The notes beneath the pieces are model-generated. The model was not told where the DNA came from, searched no databases, and saw only the letters and a list, made by a program, of their open reading frames with translations. The translations under genes and the position numbers were made by a program. A stretch of DNA of 64,000 nt, from assembly GCA_043228905.1 (NCBI GenBank), contig JBHGNT010000011.1, positions 22,072,001-22,136,000 on the forward strand, read 5' to 3'. Below are positions 38,046-50,416 of the stretch, piece after piece (position 1 is the stretch's first letter; each line of letters starts with the position of its first letter). This DNA comes from Azolla caroliniana. Taxonomy: Eukaryota; Plantae; Polypodiophyta.

Positions 38046-38333
38046 CATCTTATGTGGAGACCCACTGACTCAAGAAAGGGAGAGGACGACCATTTTTGGA
38101 TAAAGGCTAATCGTTGTCTTTCAGCTCCATCAATTCCACCCGTGACGCCATTGTATTGGCTCTTTAGTGTGGCTACAACTCACGTCGCTACTGGGATTTC
38201 AGTTTTTAATTTTCCAAAAAAATATGCGGCCCATTAGTTAAGAAGAACCCTACTCCGATTTGTATTCAACATTCTCATATGTAAAATTTTATAACTAATG
38301 CAAGGAGTTTTCTTTTGGAAAAAAATATATATT
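38046..38333 (+). mobile_element. Short LINE insertion with an inverted 5' segment
   Basis: 38046-38179 is antisense LINE ORF2 end and about 38248-38326 is the sense tail plus A-run. TSD agttggc(g/a)cgtgc at 38033-38045 and 38334-38346. Confidence 0.82.
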
Positions 38334-39645
38334 AGTTGGCACGTGCTATTTGTCCCAGCACATATGCTCGCTCTTTCCACATCCATTGCTTCTCATGGAA
38401 TAACTATAAAAACATTCATATATTTTTTGTGCTTAAAAAATATGGGTATTTCATTTGCACTTATTATGCATATGTTCACAGTTCGCTTCATCTTTTTCAT
38501 GTTTATCTACGAATGACTTTTCCTTTGTTTCGAGCTCCCCTTTAGCACTCATCATTTTACAAATTTTTGCAATTCTTTTATGCCCAATTTTTTCACACAT
38601 ACCATTAAATATGTCAAAAGGTTGGATTGGTCATTTCATCTTAAATCATTACCTTTCCCATTGCCGAAGAAACCTCTACAATATGACAAGTGATTTGTAT
38701 ACCAATTGTATGATAGGTCATTGCATTTCAATACATTGCCTTTTGCATAGCCAATAAAACCTTTACAATGAAAACCTTCTAAATATTTCTAACGAACAAT
38801 CATTAACCTGGAAGTTTGCTCTAATTTAAAAAAGTGCCTAATTTTAGCAACATCGATCATCAAAAGTTGAGTTTTTTTGGTACAATCTTGAGACGAAGAA
38901 TGAAATTGAATTCAACATTTGTACATGTGCATCCATGGCCATTATGTATTTCATCATTAACCTCTAACCAAAGTAAGCTCGATGTTGGAATGTAGTCGTG
39001 GTACATTATCCCACTTATGTTTCTTTGATATCCATGCACTGAAGATAACATCATCATTGGTGGAAATTTTTAAAGACAATTGCATCCAAGGATGGGAATA
39101 AATCTTAGTTTACAAACATCAACAAAACTTCCTGGATAGAGCATTTTGATCACTATGTTGGAGTTATTCCATGTTTCTAGGATTAAAAACATTCAACCTA
39201 TTAATGCATGATCGTAGATTTCATTTCCGTAGTAGTACTCACATTAAATAATAAGAAACTCACAAGAAGATCAAACTTAAATAAGATAAAATGTGGACTA
39301 GTATATATCTTTTTAAGATTCCAAGAGACAAATTTCAATATATCGGATGGGACATAACCCACAGTTACGATCTAACCTTAGCTCTTGTAAATTTATGAGT
39401 AAGGCGTAAATAGAAAGAAACGCAAATAAATTAGCTTACTTTATCTAATATTGAGACTAACTTCGATGAGCAGCAATTCTCGACTCTCAAGTATAGCTAA
39501 AAATGATGATTGATCTTTTCCTAATGAGGCCAAACTAAACTTCTCCTTCACTAGAATCATCACCTCTAAAATAAGTGTTTGTACATATGATCCATTTAAA
39601 TTACACTTGTCCTTATATTTTGGCTTTTTCTTTTCCCTTTGTGAC

Positions 39646-41738
39646 TAACAATCGGCAACGGTTTGGCTTGAACCGAACCGAACCACAAAACTACGACTTC
39701 ACAATTTAAACAATTCGGTTTAGGTTCAAGTTTTTTAACGGTTTGGTTCGGGGTTGAACAGTTCGGTCCGGTTTGGTTTTAACAGTTTAACAGTTTGATG
39801 GTTTTTAAATTATTATTTTAAAACAACCTTTTCACTTGAAAGCCTAATTCTCACGGAAATGACTGCTGGAAAATGCTACTGAGGTTACGTTTCGCTTACT
39901 TTAGGCCACGAAAAGGGGTCAATTGGGCCTCCCAAACAGGATGGATTCTAAACATGGATCTCAAACCTAGTTTCTCCCGCCAATTGGAGGATCGATTCAG
40001 TGCATCCATGTGGAAGTCATGGTGTGACATTTGTCGAGGGCTAAAGTGTGATCAACCGAGATCCAAACTTGCCTGGCTCAGTCAACGTATCCTATGGAAC
40101 CCATGTATCAAGGATGAATCTAATCAACTATTGGGATCACGTAAGGGGTTGTCATGGGGATACATTGCAGAAGGTCCAGGAAAAAGTATACAATGTTGGC
40201 GACGGTTTATGTCACTACCACTACAAGATTAGGCAAACATACTCCATGGAATCAGGGGCGGATGGACTATGAGATCGGTAATCATTAACGCTCTATTGAT
40301 TAGGGAATCTGCTACTCAAAGGACGACAATGGAGAAATGGATAAGCCACGAGGAGGAGGGATCTCTGTTCTCGAGAGGTAGGGAACCACCAAACATACTC
40401 GAAGGCTCTAAATTGCGAGACACTGAGACACCAACACAGAATAACACAATACAAGTACTCGCGTATACTGGTCATAAATGGATTGTAGATCCTGATCTGA
40501 GCAAACTACAACCCGATTGGCACATATCTATTCATGAAAACACATGGCTACGTAAGGTCAGTTGGGACCCTTTGCAATGGACATGGCGTGCTCCCTATGC
40601 GGGGCAAGGAAGCAAACCCATCACTTTCTTCCAATTCACAACTAGATTGGGTCACCACATTCTAGCCACTCAAACCGCCCAAGAGTCGGCTGTTGCGAAG
40701 GTCTGGCACACATTTCAAGTTCCTCCCACAATAATCACCAAGTTTTGGTAGAAAATGTGGAAACAACAACACGCGAGGCGAATTACCACATTCCAATGGC
40801 TATTGATACATAAGTTCCTACCGGTGAGAGCATGGCAACGTGGGAACCTTAGCTCTCCTAATTGTGTAGAGTGCCCACATGCAGTAGAATCAATACGACA
40901 CGTTCTATGGGACTGCCCAACGTCCCATCGAATATGGCGGGGGGTTGGCCGCTTGTTGCAATTATGCCAGGTGCAAGGCTCAATCAAGTGGGGAAGTATA
41001 TGTTGGCTATCATGGCAGGCCGCAATTGGCAAATACGAGCATCAGGAGGAGGGGATGACTTTGGTGATACAAGCACAAGAGATCTTTTTCTCCTCCAACA
41101 GCAATGTCCACTCCACTCCTCTTAATGACAAATCTCAAGAGGTGTTGGAATTGGTCAACCCAATAACTCTTTGGATTCTATGGAAACAACAATGTAGGCG
41201 AGTCTTCTCCAACGAAATCGCACATCCAACAAGGTTACTGCAAGAGATATGGAGTGAAATTGTAGCCACTCTGAAGAGCCAATATGATGGCCTTAAGGGC
41301 GGGTCCGAAGGAGTTGAAAGACAACGAATAACCTTCATCCAACAATGGTCGTCCTCTCCCTTTCTTGAGTCAATGGGCATCCACGTAGGATAGAACTATC
41401 GCGTCCCTACAGGGATTTGTACATAATAATCTCATTTGTAAATTTTTATAACTAATGGAAGGAGTTTTTTTTAGAAAAATAAAAAGCCTAATTCTTACAT
41501 TTGAGGAAGAATCTTTAAATTTTGAAATAATGAAAACTTTTACAATTTAAAATTAGAATTTTGACCTAAGTTGAAAACCGAAACTAAACCTCAAAACCAC
41601 AATTTTAGCGGTTTAATGGTTTAACGGTTTGGATTTTTACCTAACAGTTCAGTTTCACGGTTTCACGGTTCGGTTCATGTTTCAAAAAAATTACGATTCG
41701 GTTTGGACACTCTTGAGCCGAACCATTGCCGATTGTTA
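39646..41738. mobile_element. hAT-type MITE interrupted by a LINE
   Basis: TIRs taacaatcggcaa / ttgccgattgtta, perfect 8-bp TSD tttgtgac (39638-39645, 41739-41746) and aaccg subterminal repeats. Confidence 0.92.
39855..41482 (+). mobile_element. 5'-truncated L1-like LINE (ORF2 C-terminus with zf-RVT)
   Basis: Nearly open frame 39873-41393 broken by single stops, containing CVECPHAVESIRHVLWDC and ITLWILWKQQCRRVF. A-rich tail. TSD aaagcctaattct(c/t)ac at 39839 and 41483. Confidence 0.93.
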
Positions 41739-42429
41739 TTTGTGACATCATTTATGTCAACTACGTTCCTAGAAGGAATCTGAACATGCTTGGTAGTCAC
41801 TCAAATTTTTCATTTTGAGTTTCTTAGCTATTTGGTTTTCTTCTACATGCATCTATCAGACCAAAATGTCTTGTCTCCATGCCTTTCTATCATACATTCA
41901 AATATGAGAATTTTGGTTTTGTTTGGATGGAGCAATCAGTGCATGTGCATGTATTCCTAAGCATCACCAAAGATAGTTTTATTAGAAATTTTCTTTCATT
42001 TCCTAGTTTATCAATCACAAAGCATGAAAAGTGACTAAACTTGGAATCCCTACAAGTTAAATCATTTCAATTTATTCAATTAATATTAGAAGAAGTCATT
42101 AAGGCAATATTGTGGTGGTCACATGGACCACACCTAGATTAGGCCCCTACCAAGCCCCATGCACCACACATAGACCACACCCAAATTAGGCCCCTACCAA
42201 GCCTCATGCACCACACCCAAACTAGGCCCCCACCAAGCCCCATAATTAGTAGAGCTAATTGGAGCGGGAGAACACCCTCCACGCTAAGAGAGAGTCTATA
42301 AAATGTAACTTCAGACATAATGAAAGGAGGGCTATTCTTGAGAGCATTTCACATCTTGAGCATTTCACATCTTGGTGGAGAAGACGGGCCAAGCCACCCC
42401 AACTCACGACCCCAACAACGCCCGCCACG

Positions 42430-43380
42430 ATGCAACACGACAACAACGACGGCAACGCAAACTCGATGAATCCGGAATTCCTACAACACAATCAAGGACA
42501 CCAGCCCACATCGCCAATCGACCAACTGGTTCAAGCTCTGTCCAACATCATTTTACAAGTTAACCATACTAACCAAGCCATGTTGTCCTTTCTTTCAGCA
42601 CGATCCGAGCCACAACAAAATCTCCTGGACTCTCGAGTTCGCCCAAAACCGTTCTCCGGCCTACCATCGGAAGACGTCCTCTCTTGGCTGGATCATTTCG
42701 AAATGGTGGCCAGTTACCACCAGTGGCCACACCCTCGGAAGGCAATGGAGATGAAGACACTCCTCGAGAATATCGCGGCAACATGGCTTGTACAACAACC
42801 CGAAGAGACACGCAACGACTGGGATCTGTTACGGGCAGCCATGATTCGGAATTTTGCTCATCAAGACTCCCGCCAGACGGCCCTACAACAACTTGAGTCA
42901 ATTACCCAACAACCACGCGAACCCATCACCCAGTTCGCGGTTCATTTTGTGCAGATCCTATGCCGGGCTGACGCCAACATGTTGGAGGACATGAAGTTGT
43001 TTTTTTTCTGGCCGCGTATACGACATGACCTCCGCCGCCGTGTACGCGATCAAGGCCCGACGACACTACACGAAGCCATCCTCACTGCCCAACGCATCGA
43101 AGCTGCAGACGCGCACGACATGCACACACCAGGTAATCTCAGTCATGATCATACAAACACTATACCAGCCGTCACTCCCATGGACATCGACATCCAGAAC
43201 GCGCAATTACGTGCCAAGCGTGCATTGCCCGAACGAGACAGCCAGGGACGCCCCAAATGTTTCTACTGCAACAACTATGGCCACATTCGGCGTCACTGCC
43301 GAAAGTTGCAGAATCACCAACAGAAGCAGAACGTCCAATTAGCTGACGCTGCCTCCCTCTCTGAGCTCCCGGAAAACTAA
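42430..43380 (+). CDS. gag: Gag with a CCHC knuckle
   Basis: First ATG after the PBS is at 42430. Contains PKPFSG..EDVLSWLDHFE, PMDID and CFYCNNYGHIRRHC. Confidence 0.9.
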   Translation: MQHDNNDGNANSMNPEFLQHNQGHQPTSPIDQLVQALSNIILQVNHTNQAMLSFLSARSEPQQNLLDSRVRPKPFSGLPSEDVLSWLDHFEMVASYHQWPHPRKAMEMKTLLENIAATWLVQQPEETRNDWDLLRAAMIRNFAHQDSRQTALQQLESITQQPREPITQFAVHFVQILCRADANMLEDMKLFFFWPRIRHDLRRRVRDQGPTTLHEAILTAQRIEAADAHDMHTPGNLSHDHTNTIPAVTPMDIDIQNAQLRAKRALPERDSQGRPKCFYCNNYGHIRRHCRKLQNHQQKQNVQLADAASLSELPEN

Positions 43381-46300
43381 TGCGCGGGGTGCCGCAGGGA
43401 GAGCCGCCCCCGCACGTCCACGTCTCCATGTCCTCAACTTCTCCCGTTTCTCCCACGATCGAGCCGCCCCCGCACGTCCACGCCTCCACTTCATCAACTT
43501 CGCCCGTTTGTACCACAATCGCCCGCCTCCAGCACACGACCCAAGAAGTTCTCCTCGACTCCGGCAGCAGCATCTCTTCCATCAGCGCAGATTTAGTCAC
43601 CCAATTACAACTTCCCACGAGCCACGCACCACCCATTAAAATCCTCTTCGGCGACCAACAACGGGTGTACCACTCACATACGCAAGTCAGGTGCATGCTC
43701 ACCATTAGTTCCGCCCAAATCCACCATCGTTTCTACGTCCTCCCGCGCCAGTTGTTCCCAATCACCTTGGGATGTGATTGGTTCCTCCATAGTCGAGCCT
43801 GTCTCGATTTCTCCGCACAACAGCTCATCCTCCCAAATCACATTCCGATCGCGCTCTTCACTACTCCGTGGGATACCACCCACATCAGCAACACACAGTA
43901 CCTGATATCACCGGCGGAGCGCATCAACGACATCAGACGGCTCCTCGCCACCTTTCCCTCGTTGTCTACACCACCCGTAAAACCTCCCTCGGTCCGTTTT
44001 CCGATTCACCACACGATTCCTACAGGCAACGCCCGCCCCATCAACGCAGCTCCCCGACGTCGCTCGCCTCTCGACCACGAGCGCATCGACAACGCCGTCA
44101 AAACTATGCTCCAACAAGGGATTATCACACCTTCCAAGAGCGAGTGGATCTCGGAGCCACACATGGTAAAGAAAGGGGATGGTTCTTACCGCTTTTGTGT
44201 CAACTTCCGACAACTGAACCATGTCACCACCCATGACCGATACCCTCTCCCTCGTATCGATGACCTCCTCGACCAGCTTGGCAAATCAAAGTACTTCACC
44301 TCCCTCGATCTAGCCTCGGGATATTGGCAGATCCCGATGAATCCTCACGATGCCCACAAAACTGCATTCCGCACTAGGAAAGGCATTTTTCAGTTCACAC
44401 GGATGCCCTTTGGCCTATCTAATGCGGGGAGCACATTCTAGCGAATGGCTAATGCCATCTTCGATGATCTCATCACCCGCCGTGTCGTCAACGTCTATCT
44501 AGACGATATTCTGGTACATACAAGCACTTGGGCAGAACACCTTCAAGTCCTTCGGGAGGTCCTAACTTGTGTTCAACGCTATCGATTGCAGCTGCAATGG
44601 AAGAAGTGCCGATGGGGTAGTACGTGCCTCCGCTTCCTTGGGTACGTCATCTCCTCCGACGGAATACAAATGGACCCGGAGAAGACAGAAGCAGTCCAAA
44701 AATTCCCACTCCCCACCACAGTCAAGCAGCTTCAACGCTTCCTCGGCCTCCTCACGTTCTCTCTTCGTTTCATCCCACGGCTAGCCGACCTGTCAGCCCC
44801 ACTACGCGCGCTCCTACAAAAAGACGCACCCTTCCTGTGGACCGAAGCCTGCGAATCCAGCTTCCTGCAGCTCAAGAGAACACTCCAAGCCTCTGACCTC
44901 CTGGCCCACCCTGATTTCACGAAGCCTTTCCATCTGCAGACGGATGCCTCCAATGTCGGCCTTGGTGCGGTCCTGCTCCAATCCGACGACAACCACCAAC
45001 TCCGCCCGATTGCCTACATCAGTCGGTCACTTACCAAAGCCGAACAAAATTACTCGACAACTGAAAAAGAGTTCCTCGCCATCGTTTGGGCATTCCATCG
45101 TTTCCACCCATACCTTCACGGATCAAATACATCAGTCGAAACAGACCATCAGCCATTGCTCTCCCTCATAAAGAAGGCTCATCCACCCGGCCGCTTACTT
45201 CGTTGGGTTTTGGCGCTACAGGATTACACATTCACTCTGCGCTATCGCCATGGTCCACAAAACATCGTCGCCGATGGATTATCCCGCATATCCTTTCAGG
45301 CGAACCAAATCACCTCCAACACAATCGATTTCCCCATATCCTCGTCCCAAATGGCCAACATGCAACAACACGACAAACAAATCCAAGATATCTGCCACCG
45401 CCTACGAGCTGAACCGACATCATCCCTCACCAAGCAATTCATGATCCAGGATAATGTCCTACTTTTTTGTCAAGTAGGCAAAGAACCCCGAGTCTACGTG
45501 CTTGAGCAACTACGCCAGTCTTACCTTCGTTTCTTCCACGATCACCCGTTGTCCGGCCACTTGGGTTTTCATAAGGTGCTCGACAAAATTCATCGCAAAT
45601 TCTATTGGCCTGGGCTACGCCACGAGGTCGCCTCCTACATCAAAGCATGCAACTTATGTCAGGCCATCAAATCACCTCAAGTGGCTCAAGGCCTCTTACA
45701 TCCGATACAAGTTCAAGCTCCATTTGAAATCGTCGGATGGGACATTATGGGCCCCTTTCCCGAGTCACAAGGAGGGAACAAATTCATCCTCGTCATCACC
45801 GAGTACTTGACGCGTTGGGCTGAGACGGCCGCTATCCCAGATGCAAAGGCTATGACCATCGCCTCCAAACTATTGGAGAAAATCATCTTCCCCCACGGTT
45901 GCCCACTCCAAATCTTGTCCGATCGAGGACCCCAGTTCAACGGTGAGCTCCTACGCCTCGTTTCAACACAACTAGGAATCCAACAGTTATTCACGTCACC
46001 CTACCATCCGCAAACGAATGGGTTGACGGAGCGCCTCAATCGAACCTTAAAACAACAAATCTCAGCCTACATCGATCCGCTGCACTCAACCTGGGACCGA
46101 ATCTTGCCATTCGTTACGCATGCCTACAACACAACTGTGCAAGCCTCTACCCGCATTAGCCCATTTCGGGCCCTTTACGGAAGGGACCCGCGCTTACCCC
46201 CAGAAGTGACAGTCCCACAACCAACCACACGACTCCACGCTGACGCAGTGTCTTGGTGGTCCCACCTACAACAACTCCAACCCCTCCTCCGCAAAGCCAT

Positions 46301-46664
46301 CACGAGCAACCTGCACCAGGCATAACTACGCCAAAAACGACAACACGATATAGGCCGTGTCGACCATCAATACCACGTCGGTGACAAAGTCCTCGTCTAC
46401 TTCCCCATCCGTCGTCGCGGTCTCAGCGAATCGCTCATGCACCGATGGATCGGTCCCTTCGAAGTTCAAAAGCAGATACGCAACACTACATACCTGCTCC
46501 GCCGCGCCTCCAACAACCGCTCTACCTTTGCTCACCAGTCTCGCATGAAGCCCTTCCATCAACTACCACCGCCCCCGCCCACACTCATGCCTACGCCCAC
46601 GCCCGTGTCATCCCCCCGTCTGGAACCGTCGTCCACGCCTCGTCGCGCTTCGACTGCACAATAA
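43371..46664 (+). pseudogene. pol: Pol (PR-RT-RH-IN) with two in-frame nonsense codons
   Basis: LLDSGS, YLDD, TDASNVGLGA, HHCC, SDRG..E and WIGPF all lie in one frame. Stops are TAG at 44439-44441 and TAA at 46323-46325. Confidence 0.93.
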
Positions 46665-47395
46665 CTTTTTTTTTACAAGGGGGAATTGTGGTGGTCACAT
46701 GGACCACACCTAGATTAGGCCCCTACCAAGCCCCATGCACCACACATAGACCACACCCAAATTAGGCCCCTACCAAGCCTCATGCACCACACCCAAACTA
46801 GGCCCCCACCAAGCCCCATAATTAGTAGAGCTAATTGGAGCGGGAGAACACCCTCCACGCTAAGAGAGAGTCTATAAAATGTAACTTCAGACATAATGAA
46901 AGGAGGGCTATTCTTGAGAGCATTTCACAATATCATAAAGTGGATGTTATAGTACCGATATCCACTAATCATTATTTCCAGATACGGTTGTTGGTCGGCG
47001 TTTCCTCCGATTCGTCAATACGAGAAGCAAATTACTATGTGAATGAAAAAGTGTCTCCACTCAAGCCCAGAGGCAGATCTTATGCCACTCCACCTAGTCA
47101 TATATAACTAGCGTACATCCTAGCTCCCGAGACCCTTTCATAGGATTCCAAAAGTTTTTCTCGCTCTTCAGAAGCCCACGGAGACAGAGTTGATGCTCCC
47201 ACGTCCATGACATAAATAGTTAAAGCAGGTAAATAATTTGGGATTCAAGTTGTTTCACAAAATAACACTCATATATATTAAGCTCATAACGGTACCTCAC
47301 AATTGCAAGGTCTCTCTACAGCTGAAGGATAAGCGTGTTCTTAGGCCATCATGGGAACGTAGATAGGGTTGAAAGTTACTCGATGCCAGCTGTGT

Positions 47396-47707
47396 TGCTG
47401 CTGTGTTGCACACGTTCACTCGCATCACATACACAAGTGCTCTCTGAACCGTGCGGGATGGTCAATGTCATAAACATAATATGATTGGATGGATGGATTT
47501 AACCATGAAATAGCTAATTCACATTACAATACTAGCACTTACTAGCACTTGTGTATGTGCTGCTGCTGTGTTGCACACGTTCACTCGCATCACATACACA
47601 AGTGCTCTCTGAACCGTGCGGGATGGTCAATGTCATAAACATAATATGATTGGATGGATGGATTTAACCATGAAATAGCTAATTCACATTACAATACTAG
47701 CACTTAC
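47396..47707. repeat. Tandem duplication of 147 bp (period 165)
   Basis: 47396-47542 matches 47561-47707, apparently exactly. Confidence 0.92.
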
Positions 47708-49391
47708 AAGCACATTTTGGGAGAAGGCAATTGAATAACAATTGATGAAGCAGTTACTTTCCATATATTTAATAGTGCAACGGTTGTAATAAAGTAAACA
47801 AGGTGAAATTTAATATCTTCAAGTTGATTCTTTGTAGGTTTTGAATGTAAACTGCTTAACTCGTAGCCCACGGGCCAACATGGCCTTCATGTTCAATGGG
47901 GAGGAAAAAAATGGTCATGGTATTAGGTTGTGTCACACACATTTGCCATTGTTAGAGAGTTGCGATTAAGTGGCAAAACTTAACTTGTAGAGAATCGGAA
48001 GTTAATTTCCATTGGGTTATCAAAAGCATCCAAGAGAGAACAAGGATATAGATTGCAATGCAACATAAAAAGTTTTAGAACCATGTTGTTGGGTTGTGGC
48101 AATATTGGGTTAAGAAACTCATTGGTCCTAAGTTCTAACCAAATTTCTACATATAAATAACAATATTTTATTTATCTTGATCTCCACCAAATGTCAAAAC
48201 TAGATCATTATTGAAATATGACTCATGAGTGTGAATCCAACATTGATATACAAACTTGGAATGAATCGTTACAACCTTTGGATTGTGATAGTGGGAGTTC
48301 ATCAACAAGAGCATATAGTAAGCCTTAAATAGTGATCGAAAGGAGGTTCATTCATCAGGGAATAAAATATACCAATGGCAAGATTATCATAAAGCTCATG
48401 TAAATGAGAGGTATAAAATCACAATTGCATACACAGATGTGCAATAATATTATTTGTTAGTGGCCTTAAAACATTTTTTGCCACTTAACATGTTAATTGT
48501 ACTTAATCCATGCCAATGAATTTCAGTATGCCCATGAATACGAAATTGTCATAGTTTTAGATAAGACAACTTTTGTGTGCTAAGATTCCCAAAGGAGTTC
48601 TCACGAAGTAATGGCAAGTGTTGATGCCAGTTGGTCATTCATGACATTCATGAAAAATATAAATAGAGTGGAAGGTATTGTGATGAAGATTTAACTAGAA
48701 ATTAAATGAAGTAGAAATATCTAAGACGTTCTACGACGTGTCATAACTCAAACAACGGAGGGAGTTGTTACCACCACATACACATATTCTAGAATAATCA
48801 TTCAAAACTCAAACTTGAATTTAGAAGTCATATTGACACTTAGGGTTACATTACATTTCCCAACGTGACTCTTTGTTTATGTGTGTCTCTTTCATGCATA
48901 TGTAGATAGTAGATACACAAAAGGTTTCCAAATCACTAAGCATACGATATGTGAAGAAGAGATCATCATATTTCGATCATCTATTTCATGCAGAGCCTCT
49001 GTTTTATGTTATGGAATTTGGGTTATAATTTAGAAAGCGTTGGCCTATCGTGTTTATGTGTCTGAATTGTGCAAAGATCATTTTTATGTACTAGAAGAAG
49101 GGGATATGATGTGTTTAGGGTCTAGGGTCTAGGGTTTACAAAGGCCAATGTGGTCTATGAGATCAAAATGGCATACATCATATAGCTCATTTACTTGCTA
49201 ACGAAATGAAAATTGTAGAGCTAAGTGCATGCCATTGTTTAATTTTAAATATCTACTTTAACATATTAGGTTTGTTCACAAAACATCAATTTTCACAATT
49301 ATAGAGTAAGAAGTACATCATTGATGCAAGCAATAATATAATATGCTTAACATGATCAAATTATACATCATATCTCCAAATAAAGATGCTT

Positions 49392-50120
49392 GTGAATGCA
49401 TTGTGATGCATCTATGGAGTCTATTTTGCATTTGTTTTGGTTATGTCCCAAAATCAAGCAATTTTGGAGTAAGTTGAATTTTTATTGAGACACCATTATT
49501 CTTGTTCTATTTTCTCGTGGGGTGCAGTATTATGGGGTGTCCTTCGTGGAGATGTTATGAAGTATTAAAGTATGCATGCTTCTCATGTCTTTCACTTTTC
49601 CCATGGGTACATCTATCTCACTTCATTTCCATCTTTTATTCCACGTTTTAGAACTGAAATTTTGGTTATTTGGCGTACTATTACGTCATAAGCTCTTTAG
49701 ACAATATGGAAAATGAGATGTGAGGTTGTTTTTAATAATCCTCGCATACATCTTAGAACCATGCTTATTGAATTCTGGTTGTTATTTGTCCATACCATAC
49801 GTGGGCAATACAATGATCTGCAGGGTTCGGCTGATGCTCTAAGGCAACGTCAAGTGGACTTTAAGAAACGGTGGCAACGACTTCACTTATTTTCAGATAC
49901 AACTTCTGGTATGAGGTGGAGTTATGCCATACCTTCTTTTTTATTGCATAGCTTGTAGCTTGTGCTCCTCTCGTTTCTTATATGATATCATCTGTTTGAT
50001 CAGATGTTGGTATTAGCTTTTGTATTACAATAGAGGTGAGATGAAATGTCTCCTTCTGTTTTCTATATGTACATTTCTCAAGTAATATACTAAGGTGTAT
50101 CTTTCTTGAAAAAAAAAAAA
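49392..50120 (+). mobile_element. LINE 3' fragment of a third family
   Basis: MESILHLFWLCP and IWKMRCEVVFN...WSYAIP motifs with poly(A) at 50109-50120. Confidence 0.8.
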
Positions 50121-50230
50121 GATGATTCAAAGTTTCTAGTAGAAGTTATTTTCTATGGAATAATTAATTTGATTGTGCCTCTCATACAATTTAGTAAAAT
50201 TGTAGAGTTTGGACTTACTACCTATGCTTT

Positions 50231-50416
50231 TTTTTTACCAAAAAAGAATATACTCCATTAGTTAAAATGTGCACAACTTAGATCCCTTTATCGGGTAGTC
50301 CTTTGCCTAAATTATCCTATCATTTTCTCTTTGGAGGAAAAAAAATTTAGCCTATCATTCATGAGTCATCTCACTTATTTATCTTACACTTTCACATGTG
50401 ACTCTAGCCAAACTTC
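50231..50416 (-). mobile_element. Very short poly(A)-tailed retro-insertion
   Basis: T-run followed by a LINE-like tail (minus strand: taactaatggag...ttttttggtaaaa). TSD ctacctatgcttt at 50218-50230 and 50417-50429. Confidence 0.7.

Larger units (their letters stand above)
42111..46929 (+). mobile_element. Young compact Ty3/gypsy element without a chromodomain
   Basis: 243-bp LTRs at 42111-42353 and 46687-46929, identical by eye. 4-bp TSD atat. PBS tggtggagaagacggg at 42373 (tRNA-Ala-like). T-tract then PPT aagggggaa. Confidence 0.96.

Noticed and set aside
47380-47415. Loose resemblance to miR536
   Set aside because: It needs several indels and there is no convincing precursor hairpin.
49114-49138. 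Telomere-like tttagggtctagggtctagggttt
   Set aside because: Only about three degenerate units, too short to call an interstitial telomere.
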